Assembly: GCF_009914755.1 (NCBI RefSeq)
Contig: NC_060925.1
DNA length: 64,000 bases
Strand: one strand, 5' to 3'
DNA from: the human T2T-CHM13v2.0 reference genome, Homo sapiens
Position 1 is the stretch's first letter. Each line of letters opens with the position of its first letter. Below, piece after piece: positions 19,209 through 54,943 of the stretch. The notes beneath the pieces are model-generated. The model did not search any database and was not told the origin of the DNA. It saw nothing but the letters and a program-made list of their open reading frames with translations. The translations under genes and the position numbers were made by a program.

Positions 19209-19610
19209 GAAGTGCAGTCTACCGTCATTTCCATATCTTCCTATTGGTCACTGGAGTGCAGCAAAAAGATCAGTGTTGACAAAAGGGACTGAATCAGTTC
19301 AGCAACACATCAGAGATGAAACATCTGGTCACCAGCATGTACGAAATTATTCGAAAGTTGAATAGATGAGTAACTGTCCCACTTTCTCAAGAGAACTTCC
19401 CTTTTCATCAAAAGAAAAACACATTCCACGTATTCAGCACTGATAGAAGCCGCAGTGATGAGGGTAGTGATGTGGGATATTCGGTACTGAGTAATTTACA
19501 GTACAGACGCTGCATTCGTCCTGCCCGGACACTGCCTCAAAGCCACATGTCTGCTCCAAAGGAGGCGGCATCAACAAAATCAAAGGCGTATGATGCAGCT
19601 CGTTAGTAAT
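19209..19610 (+). pseudogene. Candidate decayed coding (terminal?) exon of an unidentified gene
   Basis: Acceptor tgctttttatccag; one frame has only two internal TGA in ~130 codons; 13 CpGs in ~410 bp; no repeat recognised. Confidence 0.35.
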
Positions 19611-20090
19611 CCATCGAGTCCCTGTCTCAAAACATCTCACTCCTATTCCTATTCTATGCCTTTCCCCACTCAGAAAGTGCCAGGGATTTATTAACCTTTG
19701 TTATTCTTTCATCAAATATTTATACAGGGCTTCTGGGTGCAGACTTGGAACTGGGCACCAGGTGAATGGGGGTTGGGGGGAGGGCTAGACAGACAGGTCC
19801 AGGCCCCAGGAGGTAGGGGACGGTCAGGCAGGATTCTCTGAGTGAAAAGAATAGAGATCAAGGCAGCTATGGGAATGAGAAGGGAGGCTGACTCGGGAGG
19901 ACTCGGAAAGCCTGTAGAATGGAAGGCAAGGGTGATGGAAGATGGGGGGATGGGCAGGCGTGAGGGGGAGGGGTATGGAGGTGGAGGCAAGGAGGGATGG
20001 GCCGTCGAAGAGCAGCAGTCCAAGGGAAGTCTCTTCTGGGCACCACCTTTGAAATAAATCTGTTCCAATGGTTTTGTTGTTGCTGTAAAC

Positions 20091-20458
20091 TTTTTTTTTT
20101 TTTTTTTTTTTTTTTGAGACGCAGTCTCCCTCTGCTGCCCAGGCTGGAGTGCAGTGATAGATCTTGGCCCATTGCAACATCCGCCTCCCCTGTTCAAGCG
20201 ACTCTCATGCCTCAGGCTTCCAAATAGCTGGGATTACAGGTATGCGCCACCACGCCCAGCTAATTTTTGTATTTTCAGGCTGGTCTCAAACTCCTGACCT
20301 CAGGTGATCTGCTTGCCTCAGATCCCCAAAGTGCTGGGATTACAGGCCCAGCTAATTTTTGTATTTTCAGGCTGGTCTCAAACTCCTGATCTCAGGTGAT
20401 CTGCTTGCCTCAGATCCCCAAAGTGCTGGGATTACAGGCCGGAGCCATGGCGCTGGCC
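20091..20458 (-). mobile_element. AluS with internal deletion and 92-bp tandem duplication
   Basis: Units 20254-20345 and 20346-20437. Confidence 0.93.
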
Positions 20459-20947
20459 TGTTGTAAATTCTAATGCCACCTGCACTCTGGGGTCAAATTC
20501 CAGAGGGGAGTTGTCTGAATGGCCTGGTTTTGTCACACCCTCTAGAAGAGGGGACACATTAGCTGACACTATATAATGAGGAGCAGGCCATTCTCCAAGG
20601 AAAATCCATTCTGTTTCGGGGGGGAGGTTTGATAAAGGCCATGGAGGAAGAGGGAGGCACATCTACTTGTTTTTCGTTGTTGTTTGTTTTTTTATGAGAT
20701 GGAGTCTTGCTCTGTCACCCAGGCTGGATTGCGTGGTGTGATCTAAAGTGCTGGGATTACAGGCCTGAGCCACCGCGCCCACGTGGCCCCATCTACTCGT
20801 AGAGGGGGATTGAAGGCGGGGGAAGAGGAGGTGGGGGATTTGTCCAGCAAAGGATGCAGCAAATGCCCAGCCCCAGGGAGGAGCCTGTCCTGGGGAGCGA
20901 CAGCCTGAAGGCCTCCAAGTGGGGAGGGCGCTGGAGGAGGGGCCTGA

Positions 20948-21300
<353 letters not shown>

Positions 21301-21457
21301 CAGCCATAGGAGGATCTTTAGAAGGAAAACAGCTGCCCCACGTGGTGGCTCGCACCTGCATTTCAGCACTTTGGAAGCTGGAGGTGGGAGCATTGCTTGG
21401 GCCCAGCGATGGGATGTGGGGGACGGGTGGGCGGAAGTAATAAAAAGAATAACATGA

Positions 21458-22406
<949 letters not shown>

Positions 22407-23071
22407 TGATTTTCTTTTTGAAAGATTACTCTAGCTGCAGGGTGGAGGGTACATTGGCGAGAGCGGTCGACAGAGTAAATGCGCTATGAGGGCTCAAGCA
22501 GCCTCTGGACTGTGGCTGACGATGGAGCATGAGGTATGGGTGGGAGGGTCAGTTATTTTAGGAAGGAGAAAACCAGCATCGCAAACACAGGAGACACAGG
22601 GCAGGCTGAGAAGTCCTTCAGCATAAGGAAAAGCAAGCAGATTCCATGGATCCAAGTCCAAGACCCATGCCATCCTTGAAGGAAGGGAGGAGCCCGGGGT
22701 GCCAGACACCCAAGTAGGCAGGCAGGCAGTGGAGACAGGACAGAGCAGCAGCCACTGCACGCCTAGATAAATAAGTAGGTCCGAAGTCTACAGAGGCTAT
22801 GACAGCCCAGGAGCAACCACAGGTCCACAGGAAAAGCACAGGAAGGCGAGCTGTCTGCTCTGTGTGCCTTTGGTTTTGTCTTCTTGCCAGGAAGGAAGGA
22901 AGAAGCAAAGACCAGCATGACCTGGCGGATGTTGGCTGAAGCAAGTACAGGTCTTCAGCGAAGAGCACGGCGGTCTCTGGAAAGGGGTGTGGGATAGAAA
23001 ATGGAGTTCAAAACTAGGAATTCTTCCTATTTATCCTATAGACACTGCGGCACACATGCATAAAGACATAG

Positions 23072-23587
<516 letters not shown>

Positions 23588-23709
23588 TCAGGAAATCGCC
23601 TCAATGTACATGAATATGGAATTGGTTAAACACATCAGGGGGCATCTGTACAGTGGAACAGTGCAGCCATTAAAAAGAATGAAGCTGACCTATGTAATAT
23701 CCAAGATAC

Positions 23710-26340
<2,631 letters not shown>

Positions 26341-26344
26341 TTCA

Positions 26345-26955
26345 GCCGGGTGGGGTGGCTCACGCCTGTAATCCTAGCACTTTGGGAGGCTGAGGTGGGC
26401 AGGTCACCTGAGCTCAGGAGACCAGCCTGGCCAACATAGTGAAACCCCATCTCTACTAAAAATACAAAAAATTAGCTGAGCGTGGTGGAGCGTGCCTGTA
26501 GTCCCAGCTACTCGTGAAGCTGAAATAGGAGAATTGCTGAACCCAGGAGACGGAGGTTGCAGTGAGCCGAGATTACACCACTGCACTCCAGCCTGGGCAA
26601 CAGAGTGAGACGAAAGACTCTGTATCAAAAAAAAAAAAAAAAACAAAAAAAAACGGCCGGGCATGGTGGCTCACGCCTGTAATCACTTTGGGAGGCCAAG
26701 GTGGGCAGATCACGAGGTCAGGAGTTCAAGACCAGTCTGGCCAACATGGTGAAACGCTGCCTCTACTAAAACTACAAAAAAATTAGCCAGGCGTGGAGGC
26801 ACGTGCCTGCAGTCCCAGCTACTCAGGAGGCTGAGGAAGGAGAATCGCTTGAACCCGGGAGGTGGAGGTTGCAGTGAGCCAAGATCACACCACTATACTC
26901 CAGCTTAGGCAACAGAGCGAGACTCTGCCTCAAAAAAAAAAAAAAAAAAAAAAAG
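26345..26955 (+). mobile_element. Two tandem AluS
   Basis: Head-to-tail dimers. Confidence 0.93.
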
Positions 26956-27014
26956 AACCTGAGGGTTACTTTAGGGGTCTCCCATGTCCACTGCAGTTCT
27001 AGAATTCAGTGGCC

Positions 27015-27765
<751 letters not shown>

Positions 27766-27962
27766 AAAGTCTCCATTTCTCCCCTTGCCCCGCCCCCCAA
27801 AAAACACTAAAATTTTAATGGTCCTATATTCATTCTTTGAATGTTCACTCCATGAGCCAATGTCCTAGCTAGAATGAATCTCCAAGCTGCTTAGAAGAGT
27901 TAGGGACAGACTGTCAGAAAACTGGGTGTGGGTAATTAACTTCTGCTACACCCAAGACAATC

Positions 27963-28806
27963 TTTTCTTTTTGCTTTCTTTTTTTTTTTTTTGAGACAGA
28001 GAGTCACTCTGTTGCCCAGGCTGGAGTACAGGGGCACCATCTCTCGGCTCACAGCAACCTCCACCTCCTGGGTTCCAGCAATTCTCCTGCCTCAGCCTCC
28101 TGAGTAGCTGGGATTACAGGTGCACTCCAACACGCCTGGCTAATTTTTTTTTTTTTTTTTTTTTTTTTGTATTTTTAGTAGAGACGGGGGTTTCACCAGG
28201 TTGGTCAGGCTGGTCTCGAACTCCTGACCTCAGGAGATCCACCTGCTCCCGCCTCCCAAAGTGCTGGGATTACAGGCGTAAGCCATCGCGCCTGGCCAAT
28301 CTTCAACTGCAGAGATTTGAATATGGGAAAGAGAAAAAGGACTCCAGTTTCCCCAGGGCAGTTTCATTAAGAGACTGTGAGCGGAGAGCTCTACCAATGA
28401 AAGTGCAGGCTGGCGGCTCTCTACAGCGAAGGCAGAGAAGGTGAAATTCTGACTCTGGAAACTTGTCATTGCCACCAAATAAATAAATAAAAACGTGGGT
28501 AGTGGCCAAGCGCAGTGGCTCACGCCTGTGATCCCAGCACTTTGGGAGGCCGAGGCGGGCAGATCACCTGAAGTCGGGAGTTCGAGATCAGCCTGACCAA
28601 CATGGAGAAACCCCATCTCTACTAAAAATACAGAAATTAGCTAGGTGTGGTGGCGCATGCCCGTAATCCCAGCTACTCAGGAGACTGAGGCAGGAGAATC
28701 GCTTGAATCCTGGGTGGCGGAGATTGCTGTGAGCCGAGATCGTGCCATTGCACTCCAGCCTGGACGACAGAGCTAGACTCTGTCTCAAAGAAAAATAAAA
28801 AAAAAA
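27963..28806. mobile_element. Antisense Alu (27963-28297) and sense AluSp (28505-28806)
   Basis: Consensus matches. Confidence 0.93.
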
Positions 28807-29215
28807 TGGGATGATTAGAGTTTGTGTGTGTGATTTAGTTCTAGTCTAACAGGAGAAAACAGTAGCTTTGGTTGTTTCACAATCAAGTGAGTTTGTTTCC
28901 AACTGTAAAAGTGATTTGGTGCCGGATATCAATTTTATGGCCTTTCCCTGGGTGTGATAACTGGAAAATGCCCCAGGAAAACCTGTCGGAAATCTAGAAT
29001 TGCTCCATATAGATCCTCCTGCCTCTAGGAATGAGAGTTGATGGAGGCTTAGCAAATCATTACATTATTCTGTACTAAAGCCTGATAGATCCATAATAAA
29101 AGTTAATGATTAGGTACATACTTTCCGACATTTCAAAAGAGTCTAGACTGAAAATACTGGAAAAAAACCTTTGTATGTTTCCTCTTTAGTATGCCACGGA
29201 ATAAGATTTTAAAGT

Positions 29216-30678
<1,463 letters not shown>

Positions 30679-30920
30679 TTATTTGCAGTCCACTAAGTTG
30701 GTATGATGACCTACCATTGGGACACAATCAACAGCGTACTGGAAAGATAGTACCCTCAGTGAGTCCATTTGAAGTTCTCACCCCTCTCTGACCATCAGGC
30801 CTTCACAGGACTGTGGGGCCCCAGCCACCAAGGTCCATGGAAGCCTCATTCCTTGTGTCTAAACGTGTAAACATTACAAATCAATGTACTACAGTAAATA
30901 AAATAAAATGTAAGGACCAA

Positions 30921-31499
30921 TTTTGGGGCTCAGAAGCCAGTACCCCAAAATTTGGCATTTGATATGCTGAGCTGAAGAAGCCTCAAGGTCTCTCTGACCA
31001 CCATCCCACCATCTCTCCCAAAGAAACCTCAGCTCTCTTATCTGCCTGAGATCCGGCCCCAGCAAGGAGAACAAGGGTTTCCTCCCCTTCCTGTAAGACC
31101 AAAAATGTAACCACACACAAACAGACCCTTTTTCAAGATAGTGACTTTCTCCAAGGATCATTTAAATTCCAAAGAGAACTATCTACAAGTGAATTTCTGT
31201 TCCCCGATCAGATCAGATCGTTCTTCCTGCAATCATTTATTGCCCCTCAATAGAATTCCTTTTCTCCCAGCTGGGCTCCCATAACCTGTTCTACCAGGAT
31301 CCAATCCCCTGTTCGTTCTTTCTGTAATCTCAAGATGGTACAGAAGCTTCTGTAGCTTATTAGGAAGTTGGGTCTTCATTCTGAAGCCTCCGTGTATTGT
31401 GTTAAATAAACTTGCGTGTCTTTTCTTCCATAATCAACCTGGCTCATGCCAGTGATTTTTCAGCAAACCTTTAGGGGACCAAGGGCCTTGGTACCCACA
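30921..31499 (+). mobile_element. ERV1 solo LTR (MER39-like), apparently inserted in a MER91-like hAT relic (about 30795-31860)
   Basis: ggggctcagaa..taccccaaaat..gctgaagaagcctcaaggtctctctgacc; aataaa near 31405; ends ...cccaca. Confidence 0.75.
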
Positions 31500-31940
31500 C
31501 CTACCTTGAACTTGGTGGGGCCAAGAAGTATAAATGGCGCCTTTGGCCCCTGGCCCCGCTCTCTGCTCCCCATCTTTGGCTCTGCCCCTACCGCCCAACC
31601 TGCACTTTGAGCTCTCCTCCTGCCTCTACCTACAGCTGGCTGCCTCTAGACCACCCCTCTGGCCTGGAAGGGCACAAGCCAGCCCGTCCACCCTCAGAAA
31701 GATGGCTTGAGACCATTTGGGTGGGGAATTCTGGGATCTCAGATAAAAAAAATAAAACTAGAAGTGGGGCCTGGGCTCCTTGTCCCGTGGGGAGGGGCAC
31801 GGCCAGTGGAGGGCCAGAGCAAGCCCTCCTAAAGCTTGCGATGCAGGGCAGGGGCCCCACCTGGGGTGCAGGAGGTGAAACAGACATTCCTGGGAGGCAC
31901 CACCATCTACCCGCCTGCCTTCTCCGCAGGTGCCTGTCCT

Positions 31941-32230
<290 letters not shown>

Positions 32231-32799
32231 ATTGAAAAATAGCTTTAAATAACTTAGTTTGTAACATTCATAGCCTAATTCATAATATTTAGATATAAAA
32301 GGCCAGCTCTGATATCTAAGAGGAAAGCCAAGTGGCTAGGATTCTCTTATGCATCCTTGGCACAGCTAACCTGTCCTTATCGGATGCCTTGATGGCTGAA
32401 ACCCCCGGTGCCCATTTGGAGAGCGAGAGTAAATTATCTAAAAGTACGAAGAAGAAAATGAAAATAAATCACAGTGCCACCTCCCATAAATAGCTACTGC
32501 TAATACCTCAGACCATCGTTCTGGTTTTTTTCCATGTATATCTATATGCCTCTATCTATACATTCAAATAAATCATTTTGCGGAATTTAAGAGCATACTA
32601 ATCGTTGCCTCTTTCACTTAAATGTGTTGTGAGCATTTCCACGTATTAAATATTTTTCTAAGCCTGAGTCATGAGTATGTTTTAAATCTCTAATAAATTT
32701 TTCCAAATTGCACACCAGAAAGAGTGTAGCGCTTTGTGTCAACACCAGCAGTCTTTGAGGACACTTGTATTTGGGCACCTCCCCAACATTGTGTATGAG

Positions 32800-33755
<956 letters not shown>

Positions 33756-33761
33756 TATTAC

Positions 33762-34156
33762 TGTGTTAGTCTGTTTGCGTTGCTGTAAAGGAATACCTGA
33801 GGTTGGGAAATTTCTAAAGAAAAGAGGTTTCATTGACTCATGGTTTCTCAGGCTGTACAGGAAGCATGGTGGCCAGCATCTGCTTCTGGTGAGAGCCCCA
33901 GGAAAGCTTCCAATCATGATGGAAGGTAAAGGGGGAGTAGATGCATCACACGGCGAGAGCGAGAGAGGAGAGAGGTGCCACACTCTTTTAAACGACCAGC
34001 TCCCCTGTAAACTCAGAGGGAGAACTCGCTGATTACCGCGCCATTCATGAAAGATCCGCCCCTGTGATCCAATAGCTCCCCCCAGGCCCCACCTCCAATA
34101 TTGGAGGCCGCATTTCAACATGAGATTTGGAGGAGACAAACATCCAAACCACATCA
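33762..34156 (-). mobile_element. MST (MSTB-like) MaLR solo LTR
   Basis: tgtgttagtctgtttgcgttgct...catccaaaccacatca; TSD attac at 33757-33761 and 34157-34161. Confidence 0.93.
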
Positions 34157-34161
34157 ATTAC

Positions 34162-34770
<609 letters not shown>

Positions 34771-34779
34771 AACATAAAG

Positions 34780-36870
<2,091 letters not shown>

Positions 36871-37289
36871 CCATCACTTTTTTTTTTTTTTGAGACTTTT
36901 GTATTGCTTTGTCACCCAAGCTGGAGTGCAGTCATACAATCAAGGCTCATTGCAGCCTTGACCTCCTGGGCTCAAGGGAGCCTCCCACCTCAGTCTGCCA
37001 AAGTGCTGGGATTACAGGTATGAGGCACAGTGCCCGGCCTCCTATTACCTTTTTAAAGTTTAACAAATTAGTATATTGAAGAGGTATTTTGTTATAGTTA
37101 GTTTACATTTTTGTTCCTAATAAGGTTGATTAGCTATTTGTAAATCTTTCTGAATGTTTGCAATCTTTTGTCTGTTGAAATTAAAAAAAAATTTCTACTG
37201 GTGTTTTAATATCACATATATAAAGGATATTGAGAATATCAACATTTCTTTTGTCACATAAAATCTCCAAATATTCCTTGGGCCCCTCT

Positions 37290-39892
<2,603 letters not shown>

Positions 39893-41581
39893 TAATTTCC
39901 TCCGTATCCTCAGAAACAATTCAAAGCCATGTGTAAACCCAAAACTGAGTTCATCACTTCTAAGATCAGAAGAATTTGTGTTTGTTTATGATGAACTCAC
40001 ACACCATAATCTTCCAAAATCATTGAATTCCAGGTGTGACTAAAGCAAAGTTTCAGATTGCAAGTTGACACTGTTACCTGAAAGCTGCACACAACTGCTG
40101 AATCACTTTTTAAACAAGCATGAAAACAACAATTTCTCTTGTTCCCAGTACAGCTTTGAGCCACAAAAATTAATTACATCACCTAGGAAATTAGCCCTGC
40201 GTTTTGCATCCAAAGGTCAATGTTCAGACTGAGAAATGGTTTAGTGCTTCCAAACACAGGGCTCAGCACATAAATATTTATCATGCAGAGGACAGGAACT
40301 CATTGTACATGGCTTGTTTACCTTATCAGCCAGTTACCTGGGGCAAAGAGTCCACTGTCTGCTTCCTGTCCTAATTTCCCTTGCCCAAGACCTTGGGCAA
40401 TTGTTTATTTGACAGAGTGTTCTGTCCCATTCCCTTTCTTCTGGGAATAAGGGCACAGGATACTAAACAAATAGATCACCTGGTCTGGGAACACCTGATT
40501 TCTGGAGAGGCTGAGACTTCTAGGTGTTTGCTAGAAAGATCCAAATACAGGAAAGAGAAAACAGCTGCTGCGTTCACAAGAAAACGGAGGATGCATTTCT
40601 CCCCATGACTTTGGCTTGTTTGGGTTCGCATTTCAAGTGCTCTGACTGGGCTTTATGGAATGTCCTGTCAAGCTTTTGATTGTGAAAATAAAGTTACAGA
40701 GACACAGGGGAACAATAATCACAGACGCGATTTGTAGCACAGACACGGCCTTTCATTTCATTCCTCTTTTCTGTGTTTACAAATTGCGACTGTTAGAGAA
40801 ACGTTGGCCAAGCTGGCTCTTTAACCTGGCCACATATTTATTTTGGCCACTCTTAGCTTTTATTTCGCAAGGTCTCATACTCACCAGCTCAGGTGCTTGT
40901 TACATAAGAAAGCTCTGCCGGCGGAGTGCCAAAAATTCAGCTCAGCATTTTCTGCCTCCCTGCAGTGGTCCCAAGGAATGGATACCTCTGCAACCATCTG
41001 CAACCTGGACCTTTGCAACAGAAATCTCAGGTTAGGTGACACTGGCCAACATGCAGGGAAACTATGTCAACAAGCTAGTTTTCCTTTCCTTCCTTCCTCC
41101 TTCCCTTCTTCCCTCTCTCCCTCTCCTCACCTCCTTTCCTTTCTTTCATTTTTGATACAGTAGGGTGTCTCACTATGTTGCCCAGGCTGGTCTCAAACCA
41201 CTGGCCTCCAGTGATCCTCCTGCCTCAGCCTCCCGAAGCTCTGAGATTACAGGTGTGAGCCTCCAGGCCTGGCCCCAAACTAGTTTTCAAGGGTTGGTTA
41301 TCACATCCCTTGTATCTTGGTTCTCACCAGTCAATCATTACGTACTTTGCATGGATTTATTAGAATAGATTTTAAATCTCTTGTTTTAGCCTCTTCTACT
41401 TGTAGAGCTACCAATCCTAGAAGTTTACTAGCAACTCTGCATTGTTACATTTTAATTTGCATTTTGTTTTGCATATATTTAATTTGCATTTAGTTTTGCA
41501 TTTAGTTTGATTGTTCATTTGCGTCTCTCCTTTCTGAACTGCCTGCTGTTCTTTGCTCACTTTTTCTATTTTATTATTATT

Positions 41582-41621
41582 AAGACTAGTCACGTGTAGT
41601 AGTGAGAAGGAGGGAAAGAGT
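41582..41621 (-). pseudogene. 5'-truncated Y1 RNA (RNY1) retrocopy
   Basis: aagactagtcacgtgtagtagtgagaaggagggaaagagt matches the reverse complement of the hY1 3' end as I recall it, with 3 mismatches; A-rich tail 41571-41581; TSD tctatt. Confidence 0.85.
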
Positions 41622-41660
41622 CTATTGGAGTTTTAATATCATGTATACAGTGGATATTAA

Positions 41661-42114
<454 letters not shown>

Positions 42115-42287
42115 TTATTTGTTCTAAATGTAATCCTTCCAAGCTTCATGAGATAATCCTTCCAATTAATTTTCCAAAATTTGGTAAACAAATTCACATT
42201 AATATTCAGTGATCCCATGAAGACAAGGTTTTGTTTTGTCTTGTCCATGGTTGAATTTCAGCACCCAGATGTGCGTGGACCAAGTAG

Positions 42288-44040
<1,753 letters not shown>

Positions 44041-44474
44041 CCCAAATCCTCCTTGATGTATTTTGTGGGCTTTTGACCAGTGTCTTCACTAGAATATCTC
44101 ACTCTAACTGCCTGAAAACGGACATAGTTATCCTATTATAATTTGTGTTACAATGCTAACTTTCTCCACTTTACTAGCTTTCACTTGTCCACTCTGAAAT
44201 GAGATTGGGGGGCTATGCAAACCCTGAACACGCAGGGAGTATGTGATGTATCATTTCTATGGAATGAACTAAAGAATTCCTGAAAGTTCTCTCTCCTTCA
44301 AGGACTCCCCCACCGCCCAACACACACACACACATGCACACACGCACACACACACACACACACACTCCAACTGCACCCAAGTCCCACCTGGGTTCATGCA
44401 ATATTTACTGTGTGGTGACTCTGTGTCAAGCATTATATGAGGCAACAGCAGCAGAGATTTGTACCTGGGGCTAA

Positions 44475-46414
<1,940 letters not shown>

Positions 46415-46649
46415 AATGTATTGAACATCTACTCCATGCCTGTATTTTGCCAGGCTCCAGAGAAGCACATAGATCCAGCGTTCAAGGAGCATACATTCGG
46501 GTGAGAGACAGACACAGGGACAGCTGGCTGAATACACACAGAAGCAGCTTAGGGAACCAGCCAGAGGCTGAGCTGAAGCCTAACATCTCACTCTGGGTGG
46601 TTCTATCACTTGGAGGAAGGCCTGCACACTCTAAGACCTAAAGGATGCT

Positions 46650-47630
<981 letters not shown>

Positions 47631-47667
47631 TAATAGGGGCCAGACACACAAAGAATGGGGATTAACC

Positions 47668-48405
<738 letters not shown>

Positions 48406-48748
48406 GCAGTGGAAGAGGGTCCCAGGCTGTTCTGGGAAGGCAAAACCTTAGCGAGTTTAAGGAACTGAAAGAAAGTTTATGAGGTCCAGCCCCACTGGAG
48501 CTGCGGACCAGATGGCAAGGGCAAGTCATGGAACTTGTCTGGATGCTGGCAATGGTGATGGGAGCCAGGGAGGGTGCTCAGCAGGAGAGTGGCAGGACCT
48601 GGTTTGTGAGAGGATGGTTCTGCTGCGGGATGGAGCGGGCATGGAGGGAGCCCAGAAAGCTCATTGTAGGGAGATGGTGCAGTGAGAAGGAGCTAGTGGG
48701 AGGTTCTGAAGTGAACTGACTAGGGGTGAATTGGGCATGGTTATGTTG

Positions 48749-49121
48749 TATATTACTCCATTCTCATGCTGCTAATAGAGAACATACCCGAGACTGGGTA
48801 ATTTATAAAGGAAAGAGGTTTAGTTGACTTACAGTTCAGCTTGGCTGGGAGGACCTCAGGAAACTTACAATCATGGCAGAAGGGGAAGCAAACACATACT
48901 TCTTGACATGGCAGCAGCAAAGAGAAGTGCAGAGTGAAGGGGAGGAAAAGCCCCTTATAAAACCATTAGATCTCATGAGAACTCACTATCATGAGAACAG
49001 CATGAGGGTAACCACCCCAGGACTCAATTACCTCCCACTGGGTTCCTCCCATGACAGGTGGGGATTATGGGAACTACAATTCAAGATGAGGTTTGAGTGG
49101 GGACACAGCGAAACTATATCA
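48749..49121 (-). mobile_element. THE1C-like solo LTR
   Basis: gagactgggtaatttataaagg...tggggacacag..atatca; near-TSD tgttg/tgctg. Confidence 0.93.
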
Positions 49122-49204
49122 TGCTGAAAGCAGAGGAAACAAAGTGTGTTTGAATTATAAAGAGATGTTTTTATGAAGTCAGTTTTCAGGCTAGTGGATA
49201 GTGA

Positions 49205-51627
<2,423 letters not shown>

Positions 51628-52553
51628 TAATGTGACATTCCCATCTGATTCTTCCTCATCGCTGGGGGTGGGGTCGAGAAGGGGGTGACTTCTTCCTTCA
51701 CTCTTCCCTGACCTTTGGGGTTGAGTTGAGTGCCCACCCTGGCCCAGGGCATTCTATTCCTCTGGACAGGCACACATTTGACCCTGCATGGAGAGCACCT
51801 GTTTACAGTGTGTCTTACCCACACCTACGGGTGCACCGAGGCATTCATTTCCCCATGTCTTTTAAACCAAACTTGACCCCACGCCTCCATCCTGCCAGGT
51901 GTGGAGGACGTTAATGTGGCTCATTTTGGGTGCGCTCTTCCCATCCCGGGCCAGTGCTCTAGCCAGAGTGAATTGGGGGAAGCCCCAGTGTCTGAGGGTC
52001 ACGCTGGGTAATGCCAGGCACCCTTCTCATGCCCACATTGCTCTGGCCATATCCTAGAATCTTGGCCCAGATGGGAATGCTGATGCCCAAGGTGCTCCCA
52101 GGGGTGGGACACAAGTTTGCTTTCCATCTGGAAGCTCCCATTCACCTGTCTGGGGGACTCCACAGTGAGGGACAGTCAGCTCTATCTTCCCAAAGAGGTG
52201 AGACTTTTCCAGAATACAGGGAGAGGGCTGGCTTCCAGATAACTTCCAGATAACACACATCTCCCCGGACGAGGACTCTTGGAATGGGAGAGGGGAAGAT
52301 ACAGTGAAGCAAACACAGATGGGTTTCCCAGCAAGTTCTCTGGGCTTCCTTCCCTTCACTCAGCCGTAAGCTGAGGACACAGCACAGTGGCCCACTCTAA
52401 CTGGCCTCACACAGAGCCGGGTAATCAGAGAAAGACCAGCGACGAGGCACCAAACCAGGAACATATGATGTGCAAAAGCCAGGGTCCTAAGATGCCAAGA
52501 GTAGACCCCGATGTGGTGGATCCGGAGCACTCAGCCCCTGGAGGTGGGGCTCA

Positions 52554-53216
<663 letters not shown>

Positions 53217-53544
53217 CTCTGCAATTCCTCTTATCATGTCACTCCACAAGTTCAGCTACCCAGAAGCTCTCCGAACCCAGTCCTCTTGGGTTTCCATGGA
53301 AGCCTCGGGAGGTCAGCATTATTCCCCAAAGGAATGGGGCAGGACCCTGTTAGGATGAGGGTCTTATGAGCCCCATTCAGAAAGGTGAGATGTGCGGGCA
53401 GATTAGAGGGAAAACGAGGGCAGGAGATGGTCTGAGAGATTCTGTTTCCCGAGGCCACCTCCTGAGGCCTGATGCCCCCAACATTATAAATAACAAACAC
53501 TGTAACCAGGGCTATGGGAGTTACGATTTAGGAACTGTGCCCCA

Positions 53545-53588
<44 letters not shown>

Positions 53589-53791
53589 ATACATATAAAA
53601 ACTTATATATACATATGTAAGTCAGGGTCCAACAATGCCATATATATTATATATGTTATATATACATATATGTATATATGTATAAACATATAAGCTTATA
53701 TGTACACATATAAACATATATAACATACACATGTAAAATATAAAAATATAAAACACATGTACAAAACATGTTTTATATACATAACACCACA
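53217..53791. mobile_element. ERVL LTR (MER77/MER21-like) with internal TG/TA expansion
   Basis: cagaagctctccgaaccc; caacattata..tgtaaccagggctatgggagtta; ends ataacaccaca. Confidence 0.72.
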
Positions 53792-53821
53792 ATAGTATTA
53801 TTTCTCCAAATTCCCCACTAA

Positions 53822-54943
<1,122 letters not shown>

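Noticed and set aside
31525-31620. TATAAAT followed by GC-rich sequence, as a possible promoter
   Set aside because: Resembles a MER91-like relic; no CpG island or downstream exon
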